A DNA stretch of 32,000 nt from Nostoc sp. PCC 7120 = FACHB-418 (GCF_000009705.1 NC_003272.1:1860001-1892000); one strand, 5' to 3'. Positions 1 to 10,453 are shown, counted from the first letter of the stretch. Notes: generated by a model from the letters alone, not told the origin. A program made the numbers and translations.

Positions 1-655
1 AAATCGTTTGCCACTTGCTGATTTGTTCATCTACCAATTTATAAACTTTCAGGTCTTGAGGTATTTTTTTGGCTGTAGCGATCGCCTGTTCTAAATTCCC
101 TGCCTGAAAACTCTCGTCTGCTAATTCTAAAACATCCCGCGACCAGTCTTCTAAAAACCTGTCAGCTTCGCCCCGCAGTGGGTGATCTTGTGGCAGTTGC
201 TTGACTAAAGCGATCGCTTGCAACAAGTCATCAACCGTTTGTTTAGAAGCTGCCAATTGAGCGCAATGTATCCGCACTGAAGCACTTGCCAAAGGCCAAA
301 ACATCGCCGGACAGTTAGGCGCAGATGGCAACTTCAGCAACATTGCCATTGCCAGAAACCCGATACCACCAGGAAGGAGCGTTAACAATAAAGCCCAACC
401 CACCCAACCCTGCATCCAGCGAGGCAACTTAACAAAACTTTTTTTCGTAATATTAGTTACTGGCGATTGCTGATTTATAGGTAATTCTTCGGTAGTATAA
501 TCTATTCGTTGCCTCACCGTATTAGCAGAACCAGGAGCCGGGACACCAAATGCTTGGGTATCACCGACTTGTGGCGATCGGGACACACCATCTATCTCAT
601 CTGGTTTTCTTCCTCTGGTTGGATGCCAACTTTCTGGGATATCCCGCTCTGTCAT
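1..655 (-). CDS. hypothetical membrane-anchored protein, N-terminal part only (ORF runs off the left edge of the window)
   Basis: Not in the supplied track. My own minus-strand translation from ATG (CAT at 653-655) is uninterrupted down to position 1: MTERDIPESWHPTRGRKPDE...KLPRWMQGWVGWALLLTLLPGGIGFLAMAMLLKLP (one hydrophobic helix)...QAIALVKQLPQDHPLRGEADRFLEDW... No family recognised. Confidence 0.5.
   Translation of the reverse strand, partial: MTERDIPESWHPTRGRKPDEIDGVSRSPQVGDTQAFGVPAPGSANTVRQRIDYTTEELPINQQSPVTNITKKSFVKLPRWMQGWVGWALLLTLLPGGIGFLAMAMLLKLPSAPNCPAMFWPLASASVRIHCAQLAASKQTVDDLLQAIALVKQLPQDHPLRGEADRFLEDWSRDVLELADESFQAGNLEQAIATAKKIPQDLKVYKLVDEQISKWQTI
78..85. repeat. HIP1 octamer GCGATCGC (one example of a dispersed family)
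   Basis: Perfect GCGATCGC here and, by eye, at 210, 3523, 3850, 4371, 5601, 5884, 6131, 7483, 13426, 14082, 15716, 19214, 20792, 21719, 22780, 23422, 23528, 23856, 25078, and further copies near 25383, 25972, 26500, 26650 and 27690. That is roughly 1 per 1.3 kb against about 0.5 expected by chance in 32 kb. This is a hallmark of many cyanobacterial genomes. Confidence 0.9.
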
Positions 656-807
656 CTCTCACACCAAAATAGTTGAATAGCGATCTGTTTTAGAATGATA
701 ATGCTATTTTTGCCATAGTAACTTTCTCATAATTTAAAAGCTACTTGTTACATTATCTTTCCTTTAAATACCATTAATAATTAGTAGATCCAGATCCCTT
801 TTATACA

Positions 808-1713
808 TTAACCCGACACAGAAGACTCAGTTTGCAAATCCACAATTAATTGAGCGAGATGCTCACTGCTTGCTTGATAAACCCTGCCACAAAAATCGCA
901 AGTTGCTTCAGCTCCATCATCTTTAACAATCATATCTTGTAATTCGGCTTCTCCCAACATCTTTAATGCTCCTAACACGCGATCAAATGAGCAACCGCAA
1001 TGGAAGCGCAGTATTTGGCTTTCGGGAAAAATCGTCAGCCCCATATCACCCAGCAAATCATGAAAAATTTCCGGCAAAGTTTTACCTGCTTGCAACAACG
1101 GCGTAAACCCTGACAAAGCCCCCACCCGCGATTCTAGTTTTGCCACTAAAGCTTCATCTCTAGCCGCTTTCGGCAACACCTGTACCAGCAAACCGCCAGC
1201 CGCCGTTACACCACTAGCCCCAACAAACACCCCTAACATCAACGCCGAAGGTGTTTGCTCAGAAGTCACGAGGTAATGAGCCACATCATCACCAATTTCA
1301 CCAGAAACCAGTTCTACCGTACTAGAGTAAGGGTAGCCATAACCAATATCTCTGACAACATAGAGATAACCATTTCCTACCGCGCCACCCACATCTAATT
1401 TACCCTTGGCATTGGGAGGCAATTCTATATGTGGATTGCCTACATAACCGCGCACCGTCCCATCCAAACCAGCATCTACCAAAATCCCAGCCAAAGGCCC
1501 ATCACCCTTCACCCGGACGTTTACCCTAGAACCAACTCGTTTCATGCCAGAAGCCATTAGCAAGCCAGCCGCCATCGTCCGTCCCAGAGCAGCCGTAGCC
1601 ACATAAGAAAGCTTGTGACGCTGCCGTGCTTCTTCCGTCAACCGTGTGGTAATCACACCCACTGCACGAATTCCGCCATCGGCTGCTGTGGCGCGAATTA
1701 ATTGATCCGCCAT
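808..1713 (-). CDS. hslO: Hsp33-family redox-regulated chaperone
   Basis: The 306-aa track ORF contains MADQLIRATAADGGIRAVGV... and the C-terminal zinc centre CGCS...CDFCG (RFHCGCSFDR / ATCDFCGRVY) typical of Hsp33. The track start at 1728 is TTG. I moved the start to ATG at 1713 (MADQLIR...). Confidence 0.9.
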   Translation of the reverse strand: MADQLIRATAADGGIRAVGVITTRLTEEARQRHKLSYVATAALGRTMAAGLLMASGMKRVGSRVNVRVKGDGPLAGILVDAGLDGTVRGYVGNPHIELPPNAKGKLDVGGAVGNGYLYVVRDIGYGYPYSSTVELVSGEIGDDVAHYLVTSEQTPSALMLGVFVGASGVTAAGGLLVQVLPKAARDEALVAKLESRVGALSGFTPLLQAGKTLPEIFHDLLGDMGLTIFPESQILRFHCGCSFDRVLGALKMLGEAELQDMIVKDDGAEATCDFCGRVYQASSEHLAQLIVDLQTESSVSG

Positions 1714-1862
1714 GAAGAACCTTACCAATAATAATTTCTTAACAAATGCTCTGGCTGTTAAGCTAGAGGCACAAAAATAATTATCCTATTATAACAAAAC
1801 TTAACTTATACAGAACTTACGCAAGCATCCACAGTTAAAGATGTTTTATGATGAGCGGCTTT

Positions 1863-1883
1863 GGTAATTGGTAATAGGTAATC
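1863..1883. repeat. three tandem heptamers GGTAATT GGTAATA GGTAATC (STRR-like)
   Basis: Direct reading of the hslO / 128-aa ORF divergent spacer. Confidence 0.6.
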
Positions 1884-1943
1884 AAGTTGTTGATCTGTGA
1901 TTTAGGATGGCTATAGAAACCCATATTCATCCCGCTTTTACAA

Positions 1944-2330
1944 ATGCTAGGTAATTTTCAACAAAGCCAACTGCGAATCGAAATTGTAGCATCAGCAAAC
2001 GCCATTCATGATAGTTTGCTGCGTCCGGTACAACTAGAAAAATGGCTGATGGGACAACGCTTTGCGCCAGGAACACCAGATGAACTACACACAGGATTGC
2101 AGTTTACAACCTGGGCTGGGCCGGTAGCCATTCATCATCGAGTAGATGTAGCCAAACCCAACTGTCTGCGCTTGCTACTCAGTGGTGGTATCGATGGTTT
2201 TCATGAATGGTACTGGGGAGACGGTTGGGTACAGTCGCGTTTAGAAGGGGTGTCACTTTTACCCTTGAACTTGGGACAAACCTTGAGTTTATTAAGTTTG
2301 CGCCAGTTTTTAACAACTCAAGAAAAATAA
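1944..2330 (+). CDS. hypothetical protein, 128 aa
   Basis: ATG-initiated ORF with protein-like composition (…WAGPVAIHHRVDVAKPNCLRLLLSGGIDGFHEWYWGDGWVQSRLEG…), sitting alone between two minus-strand genes. No family recognised with confidence. Confidence 0.6.
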   Translation: MLGNFQQSQLRIEIVASANAIHDSLLRPVQLEKWLMGQRFAPGTPDELHTGLQFTTWAGPVAIHHRVDVAKPNCLRLLLSGGIDGFHEWYWGDGWVQSRLEGVSLLPLNLGQTLSLLSLRQFLTTQEK

Positions 2331-2486
2331 AAACTTCTAATACTCAGTAGATAAAACTTGCTCAACGGTTAATCTCAACTCTGGAAAAGTTGGAGATTGG
2401 ATAGATTCTGTACCAACAAACTCCACTGGCTTATATAAGTGGGAAGTAGGGAAAAGCCGACTTTAACTCTACTTTAACCTCTAACC

Positions 2487-2912
2487 TCACTTGGGCTTGA
2501 CTACCAAGACTGAGCAATTAGCTTCTTCCACTACTTGATTGCTGACAGAACCTGACACAATGCGTTTCATGCCAGTTAAGCCGCGACTACCAATAATAAT
2601 TAAGTCGGTTTGATAAATATTAGATAAACGAATAATCTCTTCGGCTGGGTTTCCTGTCACCAGTTCTAATTCGGTTTTAACCGATAAGTTGTCTTGATAA
2701 TATTGCAATTGTTTTTCAATTTGAAAATAAGAACCTGTAGTAGATTCTGGGTGGGGAAGGTCAGCAGGTAATTCCATCTCTGAATCTGCTGTAGGAAACA
2801 CATGACACAAAACTACTGTGCCGTCTGGTGACAACACTAATTCATCTAATACCTCAACTACTCTTGGGGCAATTTCTGAACCATCTAGCGCTACCAAAAC
2901 ATTTTTTACCAC
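2487..2912 (-). CDS. universal stress protein (UspA family)
   Basis: VLVALDGSE...DLIIIGSRGLTGMKRIVSGSVSNQVVEEANCSVLVVK is the classic Usp ATP-binding fold signature. GTG start is preceded by GGAGGAGG 8 nt upstream. Confidence 0.85.
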   Translation of the reverse strand: MVKNVLVALDGSEIAPRVVEVLDELVLSPDGTVVLCHVFPTADSEMELPADLPHPESTTGSYFQIEKQLQYYQDNLSVKTELELVTGNPAEEIIRLSNIYQTDLIIIGSRGLTGMKRIVSGSVSNQVVEEANCSVLVVKPK

Positions 2913-3131
2913 TGCTGTTGCCTCCTCCAGAGTAGACCCCTGATATAAGTAGATAGACCAAGCTACTGGCAGCTACACCTCAACAATGCCTCACATTAGG
3001 TCTAAGTTTGTATGGTGGAGTCTTCGCTATGCGAAGCTTTTTGTCCTTGAGGCGACAGCTGGCCAGAGTCTCAGTTTGCAACCACTGAGTAACTTTTGCC
3101 AAAAGTATAGGAAAAAATTAAACATTCCTCA

Positions 3132-4433
3132 TCATTCATCTTGCTGAATTCGCCGCTTCACTGAGTCAGCGTGAGAGGGTAAGCCCTCGGCTGTGGCTAA
3201 AGCGTCAATGGCTCCAGCTACCTTGTTGAGCGCAGTTTGGGAATACTGAATAATACTGGAATGTTTGAGGAAAGTTTCTACACTTAAGGCAGAGGCATAA
3301 CGGGCAGCACCAGATGTAGGTAGGGTATGGTTGGGGCCTGCTAGATAATCTCCTACGGCTTCTGGTGTGGAATAACCGAGGAATATAGCTCCTGCATGGC
3401 GAATGTTAGGTAATACAGCCCAAGGATCTTTAACTTCTAACTCTAGGTGTTCTGGTGCAAATTCATTCGAGAGTTCTGCTGCTGCATCTAGGGATTCTAC
3501 CAGCACGATTAAACCGTAATGAGCGATCGCTTTTTCGGTATCTATCCGCCGTGGATGATCTACCAATTGTCTTTCCACCGCTACTTGGACATTCTTTGCC
3601 AAAGCTGGGTCTGTGGTAAACAAAATTGCCGCAGCCATTGGGTCATGTTCCGCTTGTGCCAGCATATCAGTGGCTACATGGACAGGATTTGCCCCTTCGT
3701 CGGCAATAATCAGCACTTCACTAGGACCTGCTAAGGAATCGATCCCCACATTGCCGTAAACTAGTTTTTTCGCCAAGGTGACATAGATGTTACCAGGCCC
3801 CGTAATCACATCCACCTTGGGGATTGTCTCTGTACCATAGGCCAAAGCAGCGATCGCTTGCGCCCCCCCTACCCGATAAATTTCTTGCACCCCAACTTCT
3901 TGAGCTGCTACTAACACTGCGGGATTAATCGCTTTCTGTGCGCCTGGTGGTGTCGCAATCACTATACGCGGTACACCCGCCACCCTCGCCGGAATTGCGT
4001 TCATCAGCACTGTACTGACGTAAGCAGCACGACCACCAGGAACGTACAAACCCGCACGGTCTATGGGAGTGTAGCGTTTGCCCAGGACAATATCATCATC
4101 GCCAAAGTGTACCCAGCTTTTGGGGACTCGCTGACGATGAAAAGCTTCAATTTGGCGGCTAGCTAGCTGAATCGCCTCCAGCAGTTCCTGGGATACCTGT
4201 TGGTAAGCTGCGTCCAGTTCTGAACCTGTAACGCGCAACTCTTCAGCCTTGAGAATTTGATTGTCAAATTCGTCTGTGTAATGCAAAACAGCTTTGTCGC
4301 CTTGGCGTTTCACTGCTTGCAACACTTCACGCACAGTTGCTTCCTTGTGAAGCACCTGTTCGTCGTGAGTGCGATCGCAGATTCTTTGCAGTTCTGCTTT
4401 AACATCTGCCTGCTGAGTAATGATTCGCAGCAT
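3132..4433 (-). CDS. hisD: histidinol dehydrogenase
   Basis: 433 aa, full-length family-typical sequence (…GGRAAYVSTVLMNAIPARVAGV…, …AQAEHDP…, …GDYLAGPNHTLPTSGAARY…). ATG at 4433. Confidence 0.95.
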   Translation of the reverse strand: MLRIITQQADVKAELQRICDRTHDEQVLHKEATVREVLQAVKRQGDKAVLHYTDEFDNQILKAEELRVTGSELDAAYQQVSQELLEAIQLASRQIEAFHRQRVPKSWVHFGDDDIVLGKRYTPIDRAGLYVPGGRAAYVSTVLMNAIPARVAGVPRIVIATPPGAQKAINPAVLVAAQEVGVQEIYRVGGAQAIAALAYGTETIPKVDVITGPGNIYVTLAKKLVYGNVGIDSLAGPSEVLIIADEGANPVHVATDMLAQAEHDPMAAAILFTTDPALAKNVQVAVERQLVDHPRRIDTEKAIAHYGLIVLVESLDAAAELSNEFAPEHLELEVKDPWAVLPNIRHAGAIFLGYSTPEAVGDYLAGPNHTLPTSGAARYASALSVETFLKHSSIIQYSQTALNKVAGAIDALATAEGLPSHADSVKRRIQQDE

Positions 4434-5085
4434 GGAGTAAGGACAATGCCAAAATTTAGAATATACCCGCTTGAGAATTATTTCTACTTTTTACCCCAAA
4501 GGATGCCAAGCCTTATCTAATTCTCTCTTCTAGCTTAACCTGGATTTTTTTGATACTCCCCCAAGGTATCCAGCACCTGATTTACTTGGGGAGGCAACTA
4601 AATTTCTCAGTCCGATCGCCTTTTATTGACTACGGCAGGGAATAGGAGCGCCAATCCCTCATTCCCTTAAACCTCTTCCCGGAAATTTCTGAGTCGAAAG
4701 ATTGCGCTGAGGCACATCTAGTTCTCGTGTAATTAATTAGGAAAAACAGGCCCTGAAGATAATTTTTACTTATGTTTATCTTTTAGCAACTAGTCTTGGT
4801 CGTAGCATAGATATGTAATGGTGTTTATACCGCTACTCCAGGTGATTAACCATTGCCGTTTTTCATGAAACTAAATTCATTTTGGTAACGAACTAAACAA
4901 CTGGTGTTCTTACTACTTGACTAAGTTTGGCAGAATTTGAGAATGGATATTTTTTGATTAGAGTACCTTATTTTAAACTGTTTTCTTCGGTTTAGCACAC
5001 ACTAGTGATCTTATTGTTGATTTTGTTACCCATATATGCTTACTGAGCTTCAGAAAAAACCTGACTGAAAAAATTTTCCTAAATT

Positions 5086-5113
5086 TTCACATTGGCAACA
5101 CAGATGCTATATT
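5086..5113 (+). promoter_or_regulatory. candidate sigma70-type promoter for rpsT
   Basis: TTCACA (5086-5091), 16 nt spacer, TATATT (5108-5113), about 50 nt upstream of the rpsT GTG start. Pattern match only. Confidence 0.3.
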
Positions 5114-5162
5114 AGTAAGTCTAGTAGTGTGTGTACATATAATTTTCTTTTTGGAATCGACT

Positions 5163-5456
5163 GTGGCCAATAATAAGTCTGCCCTTAAACGCGCCCAAAT
5201 AGCAGAACGCAATCGGGTACGTAACAAAACCTACAAATCATCAGTTAAGACGCTGATGAAAAATTACCTCAGCGCTGTACAAGCCTATGCGGCTAATCCT
5301 ACTCCAGAATCAAAACAGGAAGCGCAAACACGCCTAGCTGCGGCTTACAGCAGAATCGACAAAGCAGTCAAACGGGGCATACTCCATCCCAACAATGGGG
5401 CTAGGAAAAAGTCTAGACTTGCCAGCAAACTCAAACCCATCGAGCAAACAGCATAA
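5163..5456 (+). CDS. rpsT: 30S ribosomal protein S20
   Basis: (V)[29 protein letters not shown]... is the canonical S20 N-terminus. The track start at 5127 adds a non-conserved extension, so I moved the start to the in-frame GTG at 5163 (97 aa). Confidence 0.9.
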
Positions 5457-5460
5457 TGGT

Positions 5461-5532
5461 CAGTTGTCAGTGGCTAGTTGTCAGTTATTTTTTTACTACT
5501 GACGACCAATAACTGACAACTGACAACTAACA
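5461..5532. repeat. STRR-like heptamer array in inverted halves (CAGTTGT-type units, then ACTGACA-type units); hairpin in the rpsT-tatD spacer
   Basis: CAGTTGT CAGTGGC TAGTTGT CAGTTAT (5461-5488), a T-run, then ACTGACG ACCAATA ACTGACA ACTGACA ACTAACA (5498-5532). AGTTGTCAGTTATT (5476-5489) is complementary to AATAACTGACAACT (5509-5522). Confidence 0.7.
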
Positions 5533-5535
5533 AAA

Positions 5536-6321
5536 ATGCAGCTAATTGATACCCACGTACACCTAAATTTTGACACCTTCCAGCCAGATTTGGCAGAGGT
5601 GCGATCGCGTTGGCAAGAAGCAGGAGTTGTGCATTTAGTTCATTCCTGTGTTGAACCGGAGGAGTTTCCTAGTATTCAAGCCATCGCTCACCAATTTCCC
5701 GAACTAAGTTTTGCTGTAGGCCTGCATCCTTTAGATGCGGATAAATGGCAAAGTGACACAGGCGAGCAAATCTTATCTTTAGCTCGTTCCGATTCTAAGG
5801 TAGTGGCAATTGGCGAGACGGGGCTGGATTTCTATAAAGCCGATAACGATGAGCAACAGCGCATGGTATTTGAGGCACAATTAGCGATCGCCTCCCAACT
5901 TAACTTACCAGTAATTATTCACTGTCGGGATGCGGCGGTGGCGGTAAGAGAAGTCTTGCAAACATGGCAGGAGCGTACAGGCGCTAAAATTCGGGGTGTC
6001 ATGCACTGTTGGGGCGGAACGCCGGAAGAAACCCAGTGGTTTCTCGATTTAGGCTTTTATATTAGCTTTAGCGGTACAGTTACGTTCAAAAGCGCCAAGA
6101 GTATTCAAGCCTCAGCTGCAATGGTAAAAAGCGATCGCCTACTGATTGAAACAGACTGCCCTTTTTTATCACCGGTTCCCAAACGCGGAGAAAAGCGGAA
6201 TGAGCCTGCTTATGTACGCCATGTAGCCGAACAAGTAGCCGCGTTACGTGGAGAAACACTAGAGGTAATTTCTGCTCAAACTGCCCAAAATGCCTGTGAA
6301 TTATTCGGTCTGGTGTTATAA
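5536..6321 (+). CDS. tatD: TatD-family metal-dependent hydrolase/DNase
   Basis: [12 protein letters not shown]..., [26 protein letters not shown] are TatD-family motifs. 261 aa. Confidence 0.9.
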   Translation: MQLIDTHVHLNFDTFQPDLAEVRSRWQEAGVVHLVHSCVEPEEFPSIQAIAHQFPELSFAVGLHPLDADKWQSDTGEQILSLARSDSKVVAIGETGLDFYKADNDEQQRMVFEAQLAIASQLNLPVIIHCRDAAVAVREVLQTWQERTGAKIRGVMHCWGGTPEETQWFLDLGFYISFSGTVTFKSAKSIQASAAMVKSDRLLIETDCPFLSPVPKRGEKRNEPAYVRHVAEQVAALRGETLEVISAQTAQNACELFGLVL

Positions 6322-6384
6322 AACTCACTAAGTAGAAACAAGGCAGAGTGTAGGGAGAAAAATTCTTAAATTCTGAATTGATTC

Positions 6385-6426
6385 TTCCCCATTCCCCGCT
6401 ACCCAATCCCCGATCCCTTTTTCCCT
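6385..6426. repeat. C-rich heptamer tract (TTCCCCA TTCCCCG CTACCCA ATCCCCG ATCCCTT TTTCCCT)
   Basis: Period-7 repetition read directly downstream of tatD. It resembles the CCCCA(A/G)T-type STRR units of heterocystous cyanobacteria. Confidence 0.5.
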
Positions 6427-7099
6427 TAGCTCTCAGTCAAAATAAATAAACCGCTAGGAGGACAAAAATATGCTAAGATTAATCCCTCCAAAACATTTTG
6501 TGTGCGTCATAATGATGAAGGAAGGAACTAATAACTCCTAAACGTGATTTTGTAAAGTTATCAACTTGACCATCCTCCTACCTCTACAAGCGGATAATCT
6601 CAACCCAAATTGAGATAAACCTTGGCTACACAACGCCTGTAATTGAACCTATAGAAAATTGTTAAAAGAAATTGCCTTGTGATTAAAACCCAGCAAAATC
6701 AGGCCGTTTTGAATCAAAACCTCCATAATGCAGCTAATTTCCTTTATTTCGAGATACCACCACGAGTATAAAAGGTATATCGGTAAGACAAAAGGTTAGA
6801 GCTGCGTCACGCGAATTAACGCGCTTTTGGGAGGGGAAGTGAGGAAAACAGATCAAATTCCAAAATATTACAAACAACTGCTGTTGGGAAATCGGCTGCG
6901 TAGCTTGATAGGGATACTCTTGACTGGCAATTGGGGGTTATTACCCCTCTTGTCAAAATCGCACTCTCCAGCTTCAATTGCTGCGTTTGCCATTGCCTGT
7001 AAATAATCAGGTGAGCATACAGGAGAAGTTCCCAAACGGCTAATGACACTAACTGTAGTGTCATCTAAAAAATTTAACCAGGTTGACAAAGGTAGAGGC

Positions 7100-10000
7100 A
7101 TGATTAGCGAAAATTATATTGAACCCGCCTTTCTGTTGCCCGACTTGATTGAAATCCAGCGTTCAAGCTTTCGCTGGTTTTTAGAAGAAGGGCTGATCGA
7201 AGAACTTAACTCCTTTAGTCCTATTACAGACTATACAGGCAAATTAGAACTGCATTTTTTAGGACATAATTACAAACTTAAGGAGCCGAAGTACAGCGTT
7301 GAAGAAGCAAAACGCCGTGACAGTACTTATGCTGTACAAATGTATGTTCCTACCCGCCTGTTGAATAAAGAAACAGGGGACATCAAAGAACAAGAAGTAT
7401 TTATCGGGGATCTACCTTTGATGACCGATCGCGGCACGTTTATTATTAACGGAGCCGAACGGGTAATTGTCAATCAAATTGTGCGATCGCCTGGAGTTTA
7501 TTACAAATCAGAAATCGATAAAAACGGTCGCCGCACATATTCAGCCAGTCTCATCCCCAACCGGGGAGCATGGCTGAAATTTGAAACCGACCGGAATGAT
7601 TTGGTGTGGGTACGCATAGATAAAACCCGCAAACTTTCAGCCCAAGTACTTTTAAAAGCTCTAGGCTTATCAGATAACGAAATCTTTGATGCTCTGCGCC
7701 ACCCAGAGTACTTCCAGAAAACCATCGAAAAAGAAGGGCAGTTTTCCGAAGAAGAAGCTCTGATGGAGTTATATCGTAAACTGCGACCCGGTGAACCACC
7801 AACCGTACTGGGCGGGCAACAATTGTTAGACTCCCGCTTCTTTGACCCCAAACGTTATGATTTGGGTCGAGTCGGTAGATACAAACTTAACAAAAAATTG
7901 CGCTTATCAGTTCCTGACACAGTACGCGTCCTCACCTCTGGCGATATTCTGGCAGCCGTCGATTACCTGATCAACCTAGAGTATGACATCGGTAGTATTG
8001 ACGACATCGACCACTTAGGTAACCGTCGGGTAAGAAGCGTCGGTGAATTGTTGCAAAACCAAGTCAGAGTAGGCTTAAACCGCCTAGAAAGAATTATTCG
8101 GGAACGGATGACCGTCTCTGACGCAGAAGTATTAACACCAGCATCCTTGGTTAACCCGAAACCATTGGTAGCCGCCATCAAAGAATTCTTTGGCTCCAGC
8201 CAATTGAGTCAGTTCATGGATCAAACTAATCCTTTGGCAGAACTGACCCACAAACGCCGTCTGTCAGCCCTTGGCCCTGGTGGTTTAACCAGAGAACGGG
8301 CAGGCTTTGCTGTGCGCGATATTCACCCCTCCCACTACGGACGGATTTGTCCCATTGAGACACCAGAAGGGCCAAACGCTGGTCTAATTGGTTCCTTGGC
8401 GACCCACGCCCGTGTTAACCAGTATGGCTTCTTAGAAACTCCATTCAGACCGGTGGAAAATGGTCGGGTGAGATTTGACCAACCCGCCGCTTACATGACC
8501 GCCGATGAAGAAGACGACCTGCGGGTAGCACCAGGCGATATTCCCGTAGACGAAAATGGCTACATTATTGGTCCCCAAGTACCAGTCCGCTATCGTCAGG
8601 AATTCTCCACCACAACGCCGGAACAAGTAGACTATGTAGCCGTATCGCCAGTACAGATTGTCTCTGTAGCTACCAGTATGATTCCCTTCTTGGAACATGA
8701 TGACGCTAACCGCGCCCTCATGGGTTCCAATATGCAACGGCAAGCTGTACCTCTACTGAAACCAGAGCGTCCTTTGGTGGGAACAGGCTTAGAAGCTCAA
8801 GGTGCGAGAGACTCAGGGATGGTGATTGTCTCCCGTACTGATGGAGATGTTGTCTACGTGGATGCCACGGAAATACGTGTCCGAGTTAGTGGGCAACTAC
8901 CCACAGCTAGTGGCAAAAGTACTGACAACGGACAACTGACAAGTCAGAAGGGACAAGAAATTCGCTATACCGTATCCAAGTATCAGCGTTCCAACCAAGA
9001 TACCTGCCTCAACCAAAAACCCCTAGTACGGATTGGTGAGCGTGTAGTTGCTGGTCAGGTGCTAGCTGATGGCTCCTCCACGGAAGGCGGGGAATTGGCA
9101 CTCGGACAAAATATCGTCGTCGCTTATATGCCTTGGGAAGGCTATAACTACGAAGACGCAATTTTAATTTCCGAACGACTGGTACAAGATGATATTTACA
9201 CCTCAATTCACATCGAAAAATATGAAATTGAGGCCCGCCAGACAAAACTAGGCCCAGAAGAAATCACCAGAGAAATTCCCAACGTCGGGGAAGATGCCCT
9301 ACGTCAGTTAGATGAACAGGGAATTATTCGGATTGGGGCTTGGGTGGAAGCTGGAGACATATTGGTAGGAAAAGTTACACCAAAAGGTGAGTCCGATCAG
9401 CCACCAGAAGAAAAGCTACTACGGGCGATTTTCGGGGAAAAAGCACGGGATGTGAGAGATAATTCCCTCCGTGTACCCAACGGAGAGAAAGGACGTGTCG
9501 TGGACGTGCGCTTGTTTACCCGTGAACAAGGGGACGAACTACCACCAGGAGCAAACATGGTAGTCCGGGTGTATGTAGCCCAAAAGCGGAAAATCCAAGT
9601 CGGGGACAAAATGGCAGGTCGCCACGGTAATAAAGGGATTATTTCCCGCATATTGCCCATAGAAGATATGCCTTACTTACCCGATGGCTCCCCTGTGGAT
9701 ATTGTCCTCAATCCCCTTGGTGTACCCAGCCGGATGAACGTGGGACAAGTATTTGAGTGTCTATTGGGTTGGGCTGGTCATACCTTGGGTGTCAGGTTTA
9801 AGATTACTCCCTTCGATGAAATGTATGGGGAAGAGTCATCTCGCCGCATCGTGCATGGCAAATTACAAGAAGCAAGGGATGAAACAGGTAAAGATTGGGT
9901 GTATAACCCAGATGACCCTGGGAAAATCATGGTGTACGACGGTCGTACAGGGGAAGCTTTTGACCGACCAGTAACTATCGGCGTAGCTTATATGCTGAAA

Positions 10001-10453
10001 CTCGTACACCTAGTAGACGATAAGATTCACGCCCGTTCTACAGGCCCTTACTCCTTGGTGACTCAGCAACCATTGGGTGGAAAAGCCCAACAAGGTGGTC
10101 AGCGCTTCGGGGAAATGGAAGTCTGGGCATTGGAAGCCTTCGGTGCAGCTTATACCTTGCAGGAACTGCTAACTGTGAAATCAGACGATATGCAGGGACG
10201 GAACGAAGCATTAAATGCGATCGTTAAAGGCAAGGCTATTCCTCGACCGGGAACACCAGAATCCTTCAAGGTATTGATGCGAGAGCTGCAATCCTTGGGG
10301 TTAGACATTGCTGTACATAAAGTAGAAACCCAAGCTGATGGTAGTTCCCTGGATGTCGAAGTCGATTTAATGGCAGACCAATTAGCTCGCCGTACACCAC
10401 CCCGACCAACCTACGAATCGCTATCCCGCGAATCCTTGGACGATGATGAATAG
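7100..10453 (+). CDS. rpoB: DNA-directed RNA polymerase subunit beta
   Basis: Unambiguous RpoB sequence throughout (…[33 protein letters not shown]…, …[13 protein letters not shown]…, …[12 protein letters not shown]…, …[25 protein letters not shown]…). The track start at 7043 lies inside an upstream hairpin, so I chose ATG 7100 ([20 protein letters not shown]…), giving 1117 aa. Confidence 0.97.
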   Translation: MISENYIEPAFLLPDLIEIQRSSFRWFLEEGLIEELNSFSPITDYTGKLELHFLGHNYKLKEPKYSVEEAKRRDSTYAVQMYVPTRLLNKETGDIKEQEVFIGDLPLMTDRGTFIINGAERVIVNQIVRSPGVYYKSEIDKNGRRTYSASLIPNRGAWLKFETDRNDLVWVRIDKTRKLSAQVLLKALGLSDNEIFDALRHPEYFQKTIEKEGQFSEEEALMELYRKLRPGEPPTVLGGQQLLDSRFFDPKRYDLGRVGRYKLNKKLRLSVPDTVRVLTSGDILAAVDYLINLEYDIGSIDDIDHLGNRRVRSVGELLQNQVRVGLNRLERIIRERMTVSDAEVLTPASLVNPKPLVAAIKEFFGSSQLSQFMDQTNPLAELTHKRRLSALGPGGLTRERAGFAVRDIHPSHYGRICPIETPEGPNAGLIGSLATHARVNQYGFLETPFRPVENGRVRFDQPAAYMTADEEDDLRVAPGDIPVDENGYIIGPQVPVRYRQEFSTTTPEQVDYVAVSPVQIVSVATSMIPFLEHDDANRALMGSNMQRQAVPLLKPERPLVGTGLEAQGARDSGMVIVSRTDGDVVYVDATEIRVRVSGQLPTASGKSTDNGQLTSQKGQEIRYTVSKYQRSNQDTCLNQKPLVRIGERVVAGQVLADGSSTEGGELALGQNIVVAYMPWEGYNYEDAILISERLVQDDIYTSIHIEKYEIEARQTKLGPEEITREIPNVGEDALRQLDEQGIIRIGAWVEAGDILVGKVTPKGESDQPPEEKLLRAIFGEKARDVRDNSLRVPNGEKGRVVDVRLFTREQGDELPPGANMVVRVYVAQKRKIQVGDKMAGRHGNKGIISRILPIEDMPYLPDGSPVDIVLNPLGVPSRMNVGQVFECLLGWAGHTLGVRFKITPFDEMYGEESSRRIVHGKLQEARDETGKDWVYNPDDPGKIMVYDGRTGEAFDRPVTIGVAYMLKLVHLVDDKIHARSTGPYSLVTQQPLGGKAQQGGQRFGEMEVWALEAFGAAYTLQELLTVKSDDMQGRNEALNAIVKGKAIPRPGTPESFKVLMRELQSLGLDIAVHKVETQADGSSLDVEVDLMADQLARRTPPRPTYESLSRESLDDDE

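Noticed and set aside
3519-4520. Plus-strand ORFs 3519-3734 and 4257-4520 overlapping hisD.
   Set aside because: Both are antisense to a full-length, well-supported hisD and have Cys/Phe-rich, non-protein-like composition.
6086-6406. 106-aa minus-strand ORF overlapping the 3' end of tatD.
   Set aside because: It mostly overlaps the well-supported tatD coding region, has shadow-ORF composition, and its start lies in the C-rich heptamer repeat.
6816-7101. Two overlapping minus-strand ORFs (82 and 77 aa) just upstream of and divergent from rpoB. The 77-aa one reads somewhat protein-like (…[24 protein letters not shown]…).
   Set aside because: They overlap each other in different frames. One starts on a CAT that overlaps the rpoB ATG by chance. 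No ribosome-binding site or family was recognised, and from memory the syntenic Anabaena region has no gene here. A conservation check would settle it.
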